This document shows, one piece after another, positions 49,666 to 62,957 of a stretch of DNA of 64,000 bases (its first letter is position 1; each line of letters starts with the position of its first letter). The position numbers and the translations under genes are program-made. A model generated the notes under the pieces. That model did not search any database, was not told where the DNA came from, and saw nothing but the letters and a program-made list of their open reading frames with translations. Origin of the DNA: Octopus sinensis (lineage: Eukaryota); contig NC_043008.1 of the NCBI RefSeq assembly GCF_006345805.1, positions 55,428,001 to 55,492,000 of the forward strand, given 5' to 3'.

Positions 49666-51087
49666 TGCCATCATGGGTAATGTAAGGAAATACGGCATAC
49701 AAACAATAATTATGATTTAACTTTCATCAAATTTCCTGGTGATTATACAAAATGGTGAAACAAATATCAATTTTCAAAAAAAAATATATATTACCTGAAA
49801 ATAAAATTAAATAAAACAAATTTTTTCAGTCCCATAACTCTGCCCAGAACTACTGCCATTTGCTCCTTCTTCTCTTCCCTCTGCCACCAAGCCTTGCACA
49901 TTTATCTTGCATCTCTTATGTTACCTCTCCTCCTTTCTATTTCATGTAAAAAAATGACTGGAGAAGTCAACCAACCAATCAACATATATATCAGCTATTA
50001 TTATACAGAGAAAACACACACAGACACACACACATGCATACACAGGTTTCATCTACATTGGATTAAAAAGCCAAGTTTGAAATAAACTCCTCCAGATAGA
50101 AATTCTGCAATAAACTAATATAATTTCCTATCCAGAAAGAGCGAGGTGTGTTTCTCATTTGCTAGACACAGAGAAAACCAGTATTATCTCTGGCATTTCT
50201 TATTTATTGCTTGTCAGTGACAGATGGTATAGACAAGAATTTTAGATGGAAAGAAATCCCGCTCAAAGAAAACCCAATTAATAGTTTCTCACTACTGTCA
50301 ATATTCCTGACTCCAGCCCCATTGTTCCATTAATGTACCCCAGCTTTGTAGAGTCATACATAAAATTACTAAGAGTAACAAACCATTCTCTAACATCTGT
50401 TAATTAATTAATTGTGTAAATGAACTGATGTGAAAAGAAAGAAGGCTTCTGAAAGCCAACTGGTTAATACTACATATAATAAATTCTCATATGCTGTTTA
50501 AGTACTGGAACCATATAAGATCATTCTAGTATGAAATGGTTACATCTAATAAACTTCAAAAATAAATGCTTTAAGCCTGGTGATTTCTCAAGGTTGATAC
50601 TTGGCTTCCATTTCATAGCAATCATGGACAGTATTTCTTCTGGAAATAATACGATTTATCCCAGGTAGCCTGCTCAGACAACATGGTACATATTCTTCAT
50701 GATACATAAACTGAGCCAATGCAGTATCAATCATATCCACCTTTCCTTTTCATGTCAGTCAATGCCATCGTAAATTGTTGGCGAATAGAAAGTTAATGAT
50801 ACAATACTTCAAACGGCTGAATGTCAGTATCCAGTTGAGTATCAGGAATTGTTGATGAAAAGAAAGCTAATCAAATAATGGACTTTGACCTAATCCAATA
50901 TGGTGGATAATAATAATAATACAAAACCCGTCATCTCATAGCAGCAGTCTAAACTACATGACTGATTGGTTGTAGACTAGCTGAATTCTGGTTTTATTTG
51001 TTGTAGTTGCACTTCTACTTCAGAGCTAAATCTTGATGCAAAAATTTCCCTTTCATAGTTTTAACTTAGCGCCATGTATAAGTTATG

Positions 51088-51392
51088 TTGTTTGTTCCTT
51101 GTCGAGCCATGCCTGGCTCATAAGGGCCAGTTTCCCAGTTTCCTTGGTGTATACGTTCCCTACTTGGACGGGACGCCAGTCCGTTTGTAGGTGAGCTGCA
51201 AGATGCAGGAGGAAAGAGTGAGAGAAAGTTGTGGTAAAAGAGTCAGCAGAAGTTCGCCATTACCTTCTGCTGGAGCCCCATGGAGCTTAGGTGTTTTGCT
51301 CATAAACACACACATTGCCCGGTCTGAGATTTGAACCCGCGATCCCTCGACCACGAGTCTGCTACTCTAACCACTAGGCCATGTGCCTCCAC
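51088..51392 (-). mobile_element. Family C SINE
   Basis: Full reverse copy; CATGTATAAGTTAT duplicated on both sides. Confidence 0.9.
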
Positions 51393-51437
51393 ATGTATAA
51401 GTTATACTCCAGTTTTATTCAGTAAAAGTCAAGTATA

Positions 51438-51806
51438 AACAAGAGCACTCAGAGAGCGCAAAGCTCCCCCAAGAAACACTAACGTCCTTTCAATGACTAG
51501 CCGGAGATGATTTTTAAAATGAGAATTTCTGAAATAAATTTGACTGCTCTCACAAACGAGTTTACTAAAAATTAGCCCAACTGCTTTCAAAAATTAAGAA
51601 AAATAAAAACAGGAAAAATAATCCAGAATCCTTGTCCGGAACCACATCGATCCCAAAATCTAATCAGTTCATGCCAGTCATGAGTCCAAACATCCCTGAA
51701 AGTTTCATCTAAATTTATCCAGCGGTTCTTGAGATATCTTGTTCATGAACAAACAAACAAACACAACTGGAACCAAAACCTCCGCCTTCGTTAAGGCCGA
51801 GGTAAT
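51438..51806 (-). mobile_element. Helentron-associated (HINE/DINE-1-like) element, full length
   Basis: 5' ATTACCTCGGCC...GGCGGAGG, GTTT microsatellite, 3' stem-loop GCGCTCTCTGAGTGCTCTTGTT. Confidence 0.75.
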
Positions 51807-52242
51807 TAGTGTGACGTATATGAGTGAATACAATGCTTCAAATGCTTGAATGGATCAGGATAAGCTGAGTTTCCTGGAGTACTACTAAATGACTGCTTGC
51901 CTACTTATTTCTCAGCTGTACTACTACTTTGTCTCAGACACCATACAGAGAGACTACTAGTAGTGTGAACTGACAAGAATCAACATTTTAGTAAAAGACA
52001 AAAATTGAGATATCTTAACGTGCAATGATAAGGGAAAAAAATATGTAAGATTCTTTTATCAAATCGAAGAATAAACAATATTAACTATATTTTTCTCATG
52101 ACAGCAATCTAAAAAGAGTCACTACGTAATTGGTCAATATGCTAGGCATAGCAGCTAAATCTCTTTTTACTCACATATTACCATCTTAAAAAAAAAACAA
52201 AAGGAAGGAAGAACACACTAGAAAATGTAGTTCTAGAACTAC

Positions 52243-52417
52243 AATGTTGGTGTGTTTATGTCCCTGTAACTTAGCGGTTTGGCAAAAGAGACCGATAGAA
52301 TAATTAGTAAGCTTTAAAAAAATAAGTCCTGGGGTTGATTTGTTCAACTAAAACTCTTCAAGGCGGTGCTCCAGCATGGCTGCAGTCAAATGACTGAAAC
52401 AAGCAAAAGAATAAAAG
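52243..52417 (+). mobile_element. Family A SINE 3' half
   Basis: Matches the consensus 3' half. Confidence 0.85.
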
Positions 52418-52511
52418 GAGAGAGGGGGGGAGTTAGTGATGCTAATAAAACACAACCTTGATGTGTGTATGTGTGTGTGCACGTGTGAAGCCTAACTATG
52501 TTTATCTGCAT

Positions 52512-52740
52512 AGGCAAGCTGGCAGAAACGTTAGCACGCCGGGCGAAATGCGTAGCCGTATTTCGTCTGTCGTTACGTTTTGAGTTCAAATTCCACCAAG
52601 GTCGACTTTGCCTTTCATCCTTTCGGGGTCGATAAATTAAGTACCAGTTATGTACTGGGGTCGATGTAATCGACTTAATCCCTTTGTCTGTCCTTGTTTG
52701 TCCCCTCTCTGTTTAGCCCCTTGTGGGTAGTAAAGAAATA
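52512..52740 (+). mobile_element. Family B SINE monomer
   Basis: 15-bp TSD TATGTTTATCTGCAT (52497-52511, 52741-52755). Confidence 0.9.
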
Positions 52741-53699
52741 TATGTTTATCTGCATCACTACCTCCATATCAGCTTCTCTTGAATTTCTCTTGTAGCCACT
52801 CTTGACATCATGGACCTAGCCCTGGACGAAGAATTCAGAGTTTAAGTTCAAATTCATTTGAGCACTGCTATGTGTTTTCTATACTGAACACATCTAGCTC
52901 TCACCTATTGTCTATATATATAGACATTCAGCTATAACCCAACCCAGCCTGAAGGATACAGTCACAGCAACTTGGTATCAAAGATTAACTGCACAACTAA
53001 GAAGCAAGCAGAGAATATTTTCATTGAAAAATAATTATAACATTTTAAACAATGATTAACAAAGAAAACTTTTTATAAATTACCTTGTGATAATACCATT
53101 TAAATTCACTAACGAAAGTAAACAAGTTTTAACAAGTTATCTGCTCATATCTCTTGGGTGATATGAATCGATTCATGCTATCCCTGACGTTGATTATAGA
53201 CTATTTTATCTCAATTTACACAGAAAATATACAGGAAAAAAAAGCAATAAAGTTTTCTATGGATTTAATTTCTTTGTTTTTCTCTCACTATTAATAGCTT
53301 GTAGGACAGTACTATTCTTCGGTATCATTTTGCAAAAGAGGAGGGAAAAAAAAACGGTCAAAAATAAATGCTGCAATTATTCTCTATTGACCATTCACTT
53401 TAACAGAAAAAAGTTTTTAAAAAAAGCGGGGAGGAAAAAAATCAATTTGATATAAGTGGATTAAAGTCCCAAAGAAAATTGTCTCTTTAATTCAATGTGC
53501 ACCAAGCGCATTGGTGGAATTGTTGCCATTTATATAGATTGCGAAAGAAATATTCAGCCAATTGATAGTGCTGTCTCAAAAGAGTTGATGGAGAGAGAAA
53601 AAAATGATGCATATCAGAATCTCAGAAGAATAAGAAATGTTGGTAACAAAAATGTTCATAGGTATATACATAGATACACATATATAAGTATATGCACAC

Positions 53700-53749
53700 A
53701 TTGAATATATATATATATATACATAAGTATATACACTCATATATATACA

Positions 53750-53791
<42 letters not shown>

Positions 53792-54050
53792 TAGATAGAT
53801 ACATACATATATACATACATACTCATATATATAGATACATACATATGTATATACACGCATTATATATATGTATATATATATACACACATATACATATATA
53901 CACATTATATACATATATACACACACACATTACGTATGTATATACACATTATATACATATATACACACACACATTACGTATGTATATACACACATTATAC
54001 ACACACACATTATGTATGTATATACACACATTATACACACACACACAGAA
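53700..54050. repeat. Compound (TA)/(CA) microsatellite
   Basis: Direct inspection. Confidence 0.9.
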
Positions 54051-55363
54051 CCATGTATACTTGTAGACATGCATACAGCACATAAGCAAAAACTGAATAA
54101 TGAATGCAGCAAAATTTTGTTAGTCCTCTTTGAAGACCTATACAGTCCGTACAGAAATATAAATAATAATAATAATAATAATAAAAACTGGCTGCAGTTA
54201 ATAATAATAATAACAATAATAATAATAATAATAATAAAACAATACAGTAGCAATAATAGCATTGGGAACAGTACAGATAAAACTTAAATTATTCATGTGA
54301 AACAAAATAATAATTTCGTGTCTAGCTAAAATCAAGGAGGCATACACACACACATACACACACACACACACACAGATGTGTGTGTTCTTTAATAATTCAT
54401 TTAGATGTCAATTTTGTTTTAGTACAATTTTAAGAGATACATATATATTATTTATGGTCAAATAATAGAAGAATTTGAGTGTGGGGGGGTTCTTTTCTTT
54501 TTCCTCTACACCCACAAAGATTGTGAACAATAAAAAGTATCTCTCATTTATCTTCAGTCATAATACCGTAATACATAATACTTGCATTACATGAGATGGT
54601 TCTGTAGGTTTTGAATAGCACTACAAGAATATCGAATTTCTTTTCTTCCATCACTAAATAAACTTCCAAATGCGTACATGTGTACACATACACACACAAG
54701 CAGTTGAGCATCTCTGAATAGATGCATTCAAATGCATTTGCATCCAGAAGACAAGTGCATACAGAATAGCATGCACTCAGAGTTGCACTTGTTCACACAC
54801 AAACTGATTACCAACAGGTTTCTCCCTTTTATTATTATTTTTTTCTTACTGAGACACAGTAGAAAGAGATTCCTTTTAAAAAGGGTTTGCTCCAGACAGC
54901 AACATCAAAATATCCTTAATAACACTGAGGACTGAATCCAGAAATATATCATCTGAGATTTGGTGGGTGGATGAGGGGATGGGGGAAAGAAAGACAATCA
55001 TTTAACAGTGGTGCTCCAGCTTGACCACAGCCACATGGCTGAAATATATAAAAGAATAAACAAAAACATCCACTTTTCTATGCGTGCAAGGATCAGATAG
55101 AATTTGTTGTGATAGATTTTCTATGGCTAGATGCTCTTCCTGTCTTTAACACCTGTTTCCAAGAAAGGAAATTTTTCTCATGGCCAGACACATTTTTCAG
55201 AGAAGACTGGAAACAAACAACACTGCTTGTATGACAGTGATGCTCGCTTACAACCATCATATGACATCAGGACAAAGATGCACACAAACGCACACTCCAG
55301 TTCTCTGTGGCTGCTGGATTTACATATATAAACAGATTTCCCTGGGATTGGTCAAGTGATGTC

Positions 55364-55413
55364 AACACCTCTGATGAGAGCTCAATAAGGTCTGAAAATC
55401 AATTAAGGCTGTT
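55364..55413 (+). ncRNA. Degenerate minimal type I hammerhead ribozyme-like motif (Penelope-type relic)
   Basis: AACACCT-CTGATGA-stem II (imperfect)-GAAA-ATCAAT-TA-AGGCTGTT; stem I AACACCT/AGG(C)TGTT. Confidence 0.45.
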
Positions 55414-55499
55414 CATGCTTTTTTACATTCTATGAAGAAATAGTTAAATTTGCTTTGTGTGTTTGTTGGCAAGCAGGCAGTATGTATGTATCTATGTAT

Positions 55500-55666
55500 G
55501 TAAACCAGTCAGATCTAACCTCTCACACTTGCCCTGCAATGTTATTCTAAAAATAATCACATCAGTAAAATCTCAAAAGCTATGAGATAAGGCAACATTA
55601 AATTCAAAGCAATGTGAATAAATAAGCATTACATTTGACAGAAGTAATCAGAATGTCAGAGGGTTA
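55500..55666 (-). mobile_element. piggyBac-like MITE family copy
   Basis: Reverse of the 11680/31750 family; ends AGGG-TTAA. Confidence 0.65.
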
Positions 55667-56774
55667 ATCAACCCACCTGTATGACTGGTACTATATTTTA
55701 TCTACCACAGAAGGATGGAAGGTGAAGTCAACCCAAGGCAGGATTTGATCCCCAACCAAAATGAAATTCTGAGAGACTGATTGATGAGGAATACACTTGT
55801 ATGGTGATGATGATGATGATAACAAAGAGAATCAGAAACGTGATGATGATGATGCTCAAAGTAATGTAGCAATATTAAAAGCTTACCTCTGTAGACAATG
55901 ACAATTCCAGCAAAAAACTATTAAAAAAACCCCCAAATTCTACAGGTTTCTTCCCTTTTTTTTTTTCTTATTTTCTTATTGAGACACAGTAGAAAGGGAC
56001 TCCTTTTAAAAAAGGGTTTACTCCAGACAGCAACATCAAAATATGCTTAATGAAACTGAGAACTGAATCCAGAAATATATCATCTGAGATTCGGTGGGTG
56101 GGTGGGTGGATGAGGGGATGGGGGAAGAAAGACAATGACAGACAGATAAAAAGAAAGACAAACTGACAAACAGACAGACATTGTGCACAGGCGGACTTAG
56201 GAAGACAGACACAAAGAAAGAAGTCAGCAGTTTATTTATAAGACAGTCATTCAAGAAACAATGGTCACACACATTGTATATATGTGTGTATATACATATA
56301 CATATATATATACACACACATTGTATGTGCGTATGTATATCATATAAACAACCAATCTATTCTGTACGCCCAATCCACAGAACCATTCTGTATTTCAACC
56401 TAGTTTGAAACTAACCCTAATGAATAACCTTTGACCCATCATTACCCACCAACACCACCAGAGTATAGCAATCTCTCTCCCTCCTCCTCCCTCCCTCTCT
56501 AATACAAACACACACACAGACACACACACACATTAGCACCACCTCTGGCAACAACTTTCTGGCTATATATGTATGTATGTGTGTGTATGTGTGTTATTGG
56601 TATCTATTGTTTACTTGGGATGGGAGACAATTACTTTTAGGATGATTCAAATACACCGTTTTAAGTGTGCGCATGTGTGTGTGTGCAATGCGTATGCGTG
56701 TGCACGCGTATTACAGCTGTTATCATCATTACTTCATCCTAATCATCATCATCATCAAGACCAATCAAACTTCC

Positions 56775-56938
56775 TTATGTACATGTACACATATACAAAC
56801 ATATATATATACATACATACATATATACACATACATACATACATACATATACATACATACATACATATATATACATACATACATACATATATATACATAC
56901 ATACATATATACATATATACATACATATATATATGCAT

Positions 56939-56971
<33 letters not shown>

Positions 56972-56984
56972 TACATACACACAC

Positions 56985-57015
<31 letters not shown>
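56775..57015. repeat. (TACA)n/(TA)n/(CA)n microsatellite
   Basis: Direct inspection. Confidence 0.95.
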
Positions 57016-57537
57016 AACGCATATATACTACATACAAATATGGATGTATAAGTATGCATACACACGTATGTATGTTACGTAAACCTGTCAGCTTAAAGTA
57101 TAAAGCATGTTTTCAAATGCTGCCTTTTTCTATGACACACGTACACACACACGCGAGCTGTATATAATATCCATATGTATGTATGTATTTATAAAAGCAC
57201 AAAGAACAGCTGATTAATATACTAACAAATGACTTCCTCTAGTGCTCTGCATATATCCCTCAAGACTCAAAAGAGGTTGAAGGAAGAAGCAGGGGGATAA
57301 GGGAGTAGTGTGGTGGCCTAAGGAAGAAAGTGGGTGAGAAGAGAGGGGGAAAAAAGGTAAAGAAAAGAAAAAGTCCAAAAGCAGCTGAGTCATTTATGTC
57401 AGGCCATGTGTAAGTTAAACAATGACTTTAATATGTGACACAGATTTCTTCCGACTTTCTCATCCTCAAACACATGCTGCTAAATATTAAATAAAATAAA
57501 ATGAAATAAGACAGATAGACAGGTAGAGATACATAGG

Positions 57538-57571
<34 letters not shown>

Positions 57572-57657
57572 AATACAGAGAATGAGAGAGAGAGAGAGAT
57601 AGGTAGATAGATATACATACACACATATATATACTTGCATATATATATATATATAAT

Positions 57658-57692
<35 letters not shown>

Positions 57693-57819
57693 CAGCCGAA
57701 ATTGCGAAGATGATCCGGTTCTTGACTGATGACTGAGAGCTGCGAATGTCCCATCCTGTGGTTCTTGTGTCGTCTTCTAGGTGTTTCACGTTCTTGTTCC
57801 AGTTTGTATATATTTTTTT

Positions 57820-57853
<34 letters not shown>

Positions 57854-57857
<4 letters not shown>

Positions 57858-58080
57858 AGGCGCATGGCTCAGTGGTTAGAGCGTCGAGCTTATGATCGTG
57901 AGGTTGTGAGCTCGAATCCCGGACCGGGCTGCGTGTTGTGTTCTCGTGCAAGGCACTTTATTTCACGTTGCTCCAGTTCACTCAGCTGTAGAAATGACAC
58001 AGAGTGTGACAAGGCAGGCCCATTAAAATACAGGTACTACTCATTTTTGCCAGCTGAGTGGACTGGAGCAATGTGAAATA
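57854..58080 (+). mobile_element. Family D SINE head fused to an inverted D2 core fragment
   Basis: Head TGGCTCAGTGG...CGAATCCC; 57959-57997 and 58041-58080 are reverse complements. Confidence 0.85.
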
Positions 58081-58196
58081 GAAAGGTTTTTAATGATACT
58101 TTTGGGGTATCTTCTTCCATTATAAAGCCATGCTCCTTCACCAGCGGACGTTAAACGATAATGATGATGATGATATATATATATATATATATATAT

Positions 58197-58602
58197 AGGC
58201 GCAGGAGTGGTTGTGTGGTAAGTAGCTTGCTAACCAGCCACATGGTTCCGGGTTCAGTCCCACTGCGTGACATCTTGGGCAAGTGTCTTCTGCTATAGCC
58301 CCGGGCCAACCAATGCCTTGTGAGTGGATTTGGTAGACGGAAACTGAAAAGAAGCCTGTCATATATATGTATATATGTGTGTGTGTACGTGTTTGTGTGT
58401 CTGTGTTTGTCCCCCTAGCATTGCTTGACAACCGATGCTGGTGTGTTTACGTCCCCGTCACTTAGCGGTTCAGCAAAAGAGACCGATAGAATAAGTACTG
58501 GGCTTACAAAAGAATAAGTCCCGGGGTCGAGTTGCTTGATTAAAGGCGGTGCTCCAGCATGGCCGCAGTCAAATGACTGAAACAAGTAAAAGAGTAAAAG
58601 AG
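58197..58602 (+). mobile_element. Family A SINE, young full-length copy
   Basis: Near-consensus. Confidence 0.9.
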
Positions 58603-59056
58603 TATATAGACACACACATACAAATAGAGAACAAGTGCGAGAGGTAGATAGAGACAAATACAGCTAGGGAGATATAGATGGACAATACACACACACACAC
58701 GAGTGTGTGTGTGGAGAGAGAGAATTCCAAACAACTCAACAAATGCTTATAGGAAGGATAAAGGAATTTTGAAAAATCAAATGAAAATTGTTGAGGCAGG
58801 CAATTAGAGATAATTAGGGAGCAGCTAATAAGGCTTTCTTACATCAGTACAAGGGTTACGCATTTTGCAGGGCAGAGTTGTATAGTTGATTGAATCTGAA
58901 CCCCCCCCCCCAGTACACAACTGGTACTTCTGATGAAAGGTTAATTCTATTCAGCTAGGAAGCAATTCAACACACACAACATGAAACAGATGTTATGTTT
59001 GCTCTTCTAATTACATTACTCCCACAAAAATTTTTGTGATATAATTGCTTAGTTTG

Positions 59057-59640
59057 AAGGAGAGCTGGCAGAAATACTTAGCAGTATTTCTTCTGTCTTT
59101 ACGTTCTGTGTTCAAATTCCACTGAGGTCGACTTTGCTTTCATCCTTTCAGGGTCGATAAATTAAGTACCAGTTGATTAATATAAACTGACTGGCCCACT
59201 CCCCCAAAATTTCGGGCTTTGTGCCTAGAGTAGAAAAGAAATAATTCTTTAGTTTGGAATTGGGTCTCAAAGCATATATAAAGCTATGAATACTCTCATT
59301 CTGCTATTGGCACAAGGCCAAGAATTTGGAGGGAAGGGGGGATAGTCAATTACATCAACCCCAGTGCTTTGATTGATACTTATTTCATCAACTCCGAAAG
59401 AATGAAAGGTAAATTTAATCTTGGCAGAATTTGAGCTCAGAACAAAAAGAGAGATGAAATGCCACTAAGTATTTTTGCCTGGCTTGCTAAAGATTCTGAC
59501 AAATCACTGCCTTCGACCCCGAAAGAATAAAAGGTAAAGTCAACCTCGGCAGAATTTGAACACAGAATGTAGCGACAGGCAAAACACCCCTTAAGGACTT
59601 CGTCTAGCATACTAACGATTCTGCTAGCTAACCGCCTTAA
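59057..59640. mobile_element. Family B2 SINEs in convergent orientation
   Basis: Plus copy 59057-59245; minus copies 59305-59640. Confidence 0.75.
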
Positions 59641-59958
59641 CGACAAGAATAATAACCCTTTCTACTTGAAGCACAAGGAATCAAATTTTTGGCAAAGTGC
59701 AAAGATTTCTATCTTTCAGGGAAGTAGGAAATGGGGATTGTGCAGTATTTTTTGAAGTCATCTGGAAAATATATGAATTAAACAGATTCCATTTGGAGCC
59801 TGAAACATTATCGTAGTGTCCTAATAGAATTATCATCATTATTTCATGCCCACCTTCTATGCTGACATGGGTTGGACAGACCACTGTAATCCAATTCAGT
59901 TCTTATGCATAGTGCTCTCTTTGATGGATAGGGACCACATTTCACTATGTTCGATTTT

Positions 59959-60330
59959 TTGGCATCCCCAAAGTCCATCCCCTCCTCACCATGGTGGGGA
60001 CGCTGGCAACGGGTAGTGTCAGAGCTATGCCGTCGGGAACTTCAGTTCCTGGTAAGGCCACATAAGGCGGATTGGTCTGACACCGAGTAGTATTAAGGCC
60101 ACAACCCGGCAGATGGGGCTCTGGTGAAAATCCTCAGAGTGTCTGTTTCGGCAACTGGTGGCTCCTCGGGCGTTCTGTTCCTGCGTCTGCGGACAATCTG
60201 CGGCAAACAGGATGTCTCTACATGCGGGATTGTTGGGGACTGCTTGTGAAATCCACATATTCCCACGAAACTTCTTCCAAGGAAGAAGCCGACTCAACCC
60301 GCCCATGGTGAATGTCGCCACAAGTACAAG
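59959..60330 (+). mobile_element. GC-rich, structured non-autonomous retroelement with RTE-like leader and no tRNA head
   Basis: 13-bp TSD TATGTTCSATTTT with one mismatch (59946-59958, 60331-60343); CAAGTACAAG(TA) tandem tail; AGAGCTATGCC leader motif; several hairpins. Confidence 0.7.
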
Positions 60331-61867
60331 TATGTTCCATTTTAGGAAGGTTACTATGGACTGATACCCATACTAACACTAACCACTTTATGGAGAAAGA
60401 GTACAAAGTGCATTTTACCATGGCACCAGCACTAGTGAAGCTGCTTTGTCTCCTGTAATGATGAAGAGTTCTAAGTACTCTATTTTGAAATATAAATTTG
60501 TAAAAAAAAAAAAAAATTATATTTTGTATTGATTTGATATTCAAATATTCCACTCACATAAGCATTTCAATCTGTTAGATTTTGTCAATGCAATTTTGAA
60601 ATTTAAGCCGAAAAGAGAATTAAATTTGTGTAATTTTGGAGATCAAGTGCTTAGTTTAAAAAAAATATTATTTGTAGTCACAATGTGGTTACAAAAATAG
60701 AAAATCATAATAACTACACAAAAAATTATTTTTCTTCAAGTTTAAAATTTCAGAATTAGACTGATGAAATCTAACAGAGATTGGAGCATGTTGCAATTGG
60801 AATATTAGAAAGAGAAAAGAAGTTTAAAAAATCAATAACATAAACATGAAGTAGAATAACTGTTCGTGACATTATTTGTCTGTTTTGCTAATTTACTTTG
60901 CAAATTTCATAAAGAAAATAGATTGTTAGGGAAACAAACAGAAAAAAAATCAGAGAGACAGAAAAAAAAAAATTTTTCTTTTATTATTTAAAAGAAGTGG
61001 ATATCAAATCTGGATGTTATTGAACAAAGAGATATTAGCCTCAGTATGAGTCAGATTTATCTCAAGCTATTTGCTAGAACACCAGTGACTGGCTTATATA
61101 AAGAAAGGAACCACTTTTCTCCATGGGGTTAAACCCTAAAAAGGCAAGAAGACTATCACTATAATAACACTTATACACACACACACACACACACACACAT
61201 ACATACATATATATACTAACACACACTGGCCACCCCTTTCCCACCTCTCCACAGCACACATCCATCAACAACCACTACCCCCAGCATCTTTGCTCCTCAT
61301 CCAAAACTCTTCTCTCACAGAAGAAGATATGTCTGTAATTCTATATTTGTAACCTGGTGCCAGGGCTGAGGCTGATAATTAATTTCAGCTGATAATTAAA
61401 TTCAATTTCACTTGTTGATATTTTTAGCACTTACTCCAATATTATCATATTCAACGTGTGTGTGAATGTATATACATGTGTATGTAAATATGCTTGTATG
61501 TGTATGTTTGCAAGTATGTGTAAATGTATACACGCTGATGAGAACGTTCTTCGTTCTGTTCCACCGCCACGTCTCCCCATTCTCGTTCCAAAGACTAAGC
61601 ACTGTCTTTGATATCACCGGCTACTCCCCTCTTCTTCCCACAGACCCCACCACCCTTTTTTTTTATCAGTTATCTTTCACTCCACTCCCTTCAAGTTGTG
61701 TTAGTTACTCTGTGTGTACACAAACACACAGACACACACATACACATTAACGAACACACACACACATTATTGATGATACAGATTTACGTTGTGATGTTGA
61801 TAAATCTGCTTGTCCATAACATGTATTTAACACACAATTATAAATATACACATACACACAGATGTAC

Positions 61868-61869
<2 letters not shown>

Positions 61870-61916
<47 letters not shown>

Positions 61917-62442
61917 ATATATATATTATATATATATATATATATATAGCATGGAAAACAGACGTTAAACGATGATGATGATGATATATATACACACACA
62001 TATACATATACATATATACATACACACATATATACATATATACACACATATATACACACATATACATATATATACACACATATATACATATATACACATA
62101 TATACATATATACACACATATATACATATATATATACACATATATATATACACACTATATACATATATATATACACCATATACATATATATATATATACA
62201 CATATATACACACACATATATACACATACATATACACATATATACACATATATATACACACATATACATATATATACATATATACACACATATATACATA
62301 TATATACACATATATATATACACACATATATACATTATATATACACACATATATACATATATATATACACACTATATACATATATATATACACACATATA
62401 TACATATATATATAACACACATATATACACACATATATATAT

Positions 62443-62493
<51 letters not shown>

Positions 62494-62570
62494 TATATAT
62501 ATACACACATATACACACAAATATATACATATATATATACACACACATACATACACATACACACACACAG
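61870..62570. repeat. Long compound (TA)/(CA) microsatellite containing a ~38-bp family E tail (61948-61985)
   Basis: Direct inspection; AGCATGGAAAACAGACGTTAAACGATGATGATG embedded. Confidence 0.9.
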
Positions 62571-62957
62571 TTACTGTTTATGTATTTAGGACCCTCCACC
62601 TCCTTATGCAATCCATGGTGGGGACTATTTGTATCTATTGAGAACACTAGATTGTTTGTATGTCAGTATCACAGATTAGGATTTCTGTTTATTTATAAGA
62701 GATGAAATGAGCCCTTAGTGTTTAATATTTTCATCATATTCCTTGTTTGTTTGGTCTTTTTTTTTAACATGGTGCTTGTTTTTAACCCTTCTTCTCCAGT
62801 CATTGGTTATTCTTGTTAGAGGATTGGCAGGAACTGTTGGTGCATCAGACAAAAGGCTTTGCAACGTTTTCTAACGGCATATTAATGCTCTCTTTCAAAT
62901 CCCGCTGAGTTCGGCATTGCCATTTCATCATTCTGAGATTGATACCATATTTTCTGG

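Larger units (their letters stand above)
54813..56138 (+). repeat. Dispersed direct duplication of about 185 bp (54813-55000 and 55942-56138)
   Basis: Shared GAGACACAGTAGAAAG...CTCCAGACAGCAACATCAAAATAT...CTGAATCCAGAAATATATCATCTGAGATT. Confidence 0.9.

Noticed and set aside
50560-50900. Possible decayed coding sequence (also 9680-10200 and 12250-12600)
   Set aside because: Multiple stops and no motif I can recognise; needs tblastx.
57691-57810. Hammerhead in a GC-richer insert between (TA)n tracts (CCGAAA at about 57696, CTGATGA at about 57726)
   Set aside because: Core boxes are in the wrong order for type I and stems I-III cannot be formed convincingly; probably a TE fragment of unknown type.
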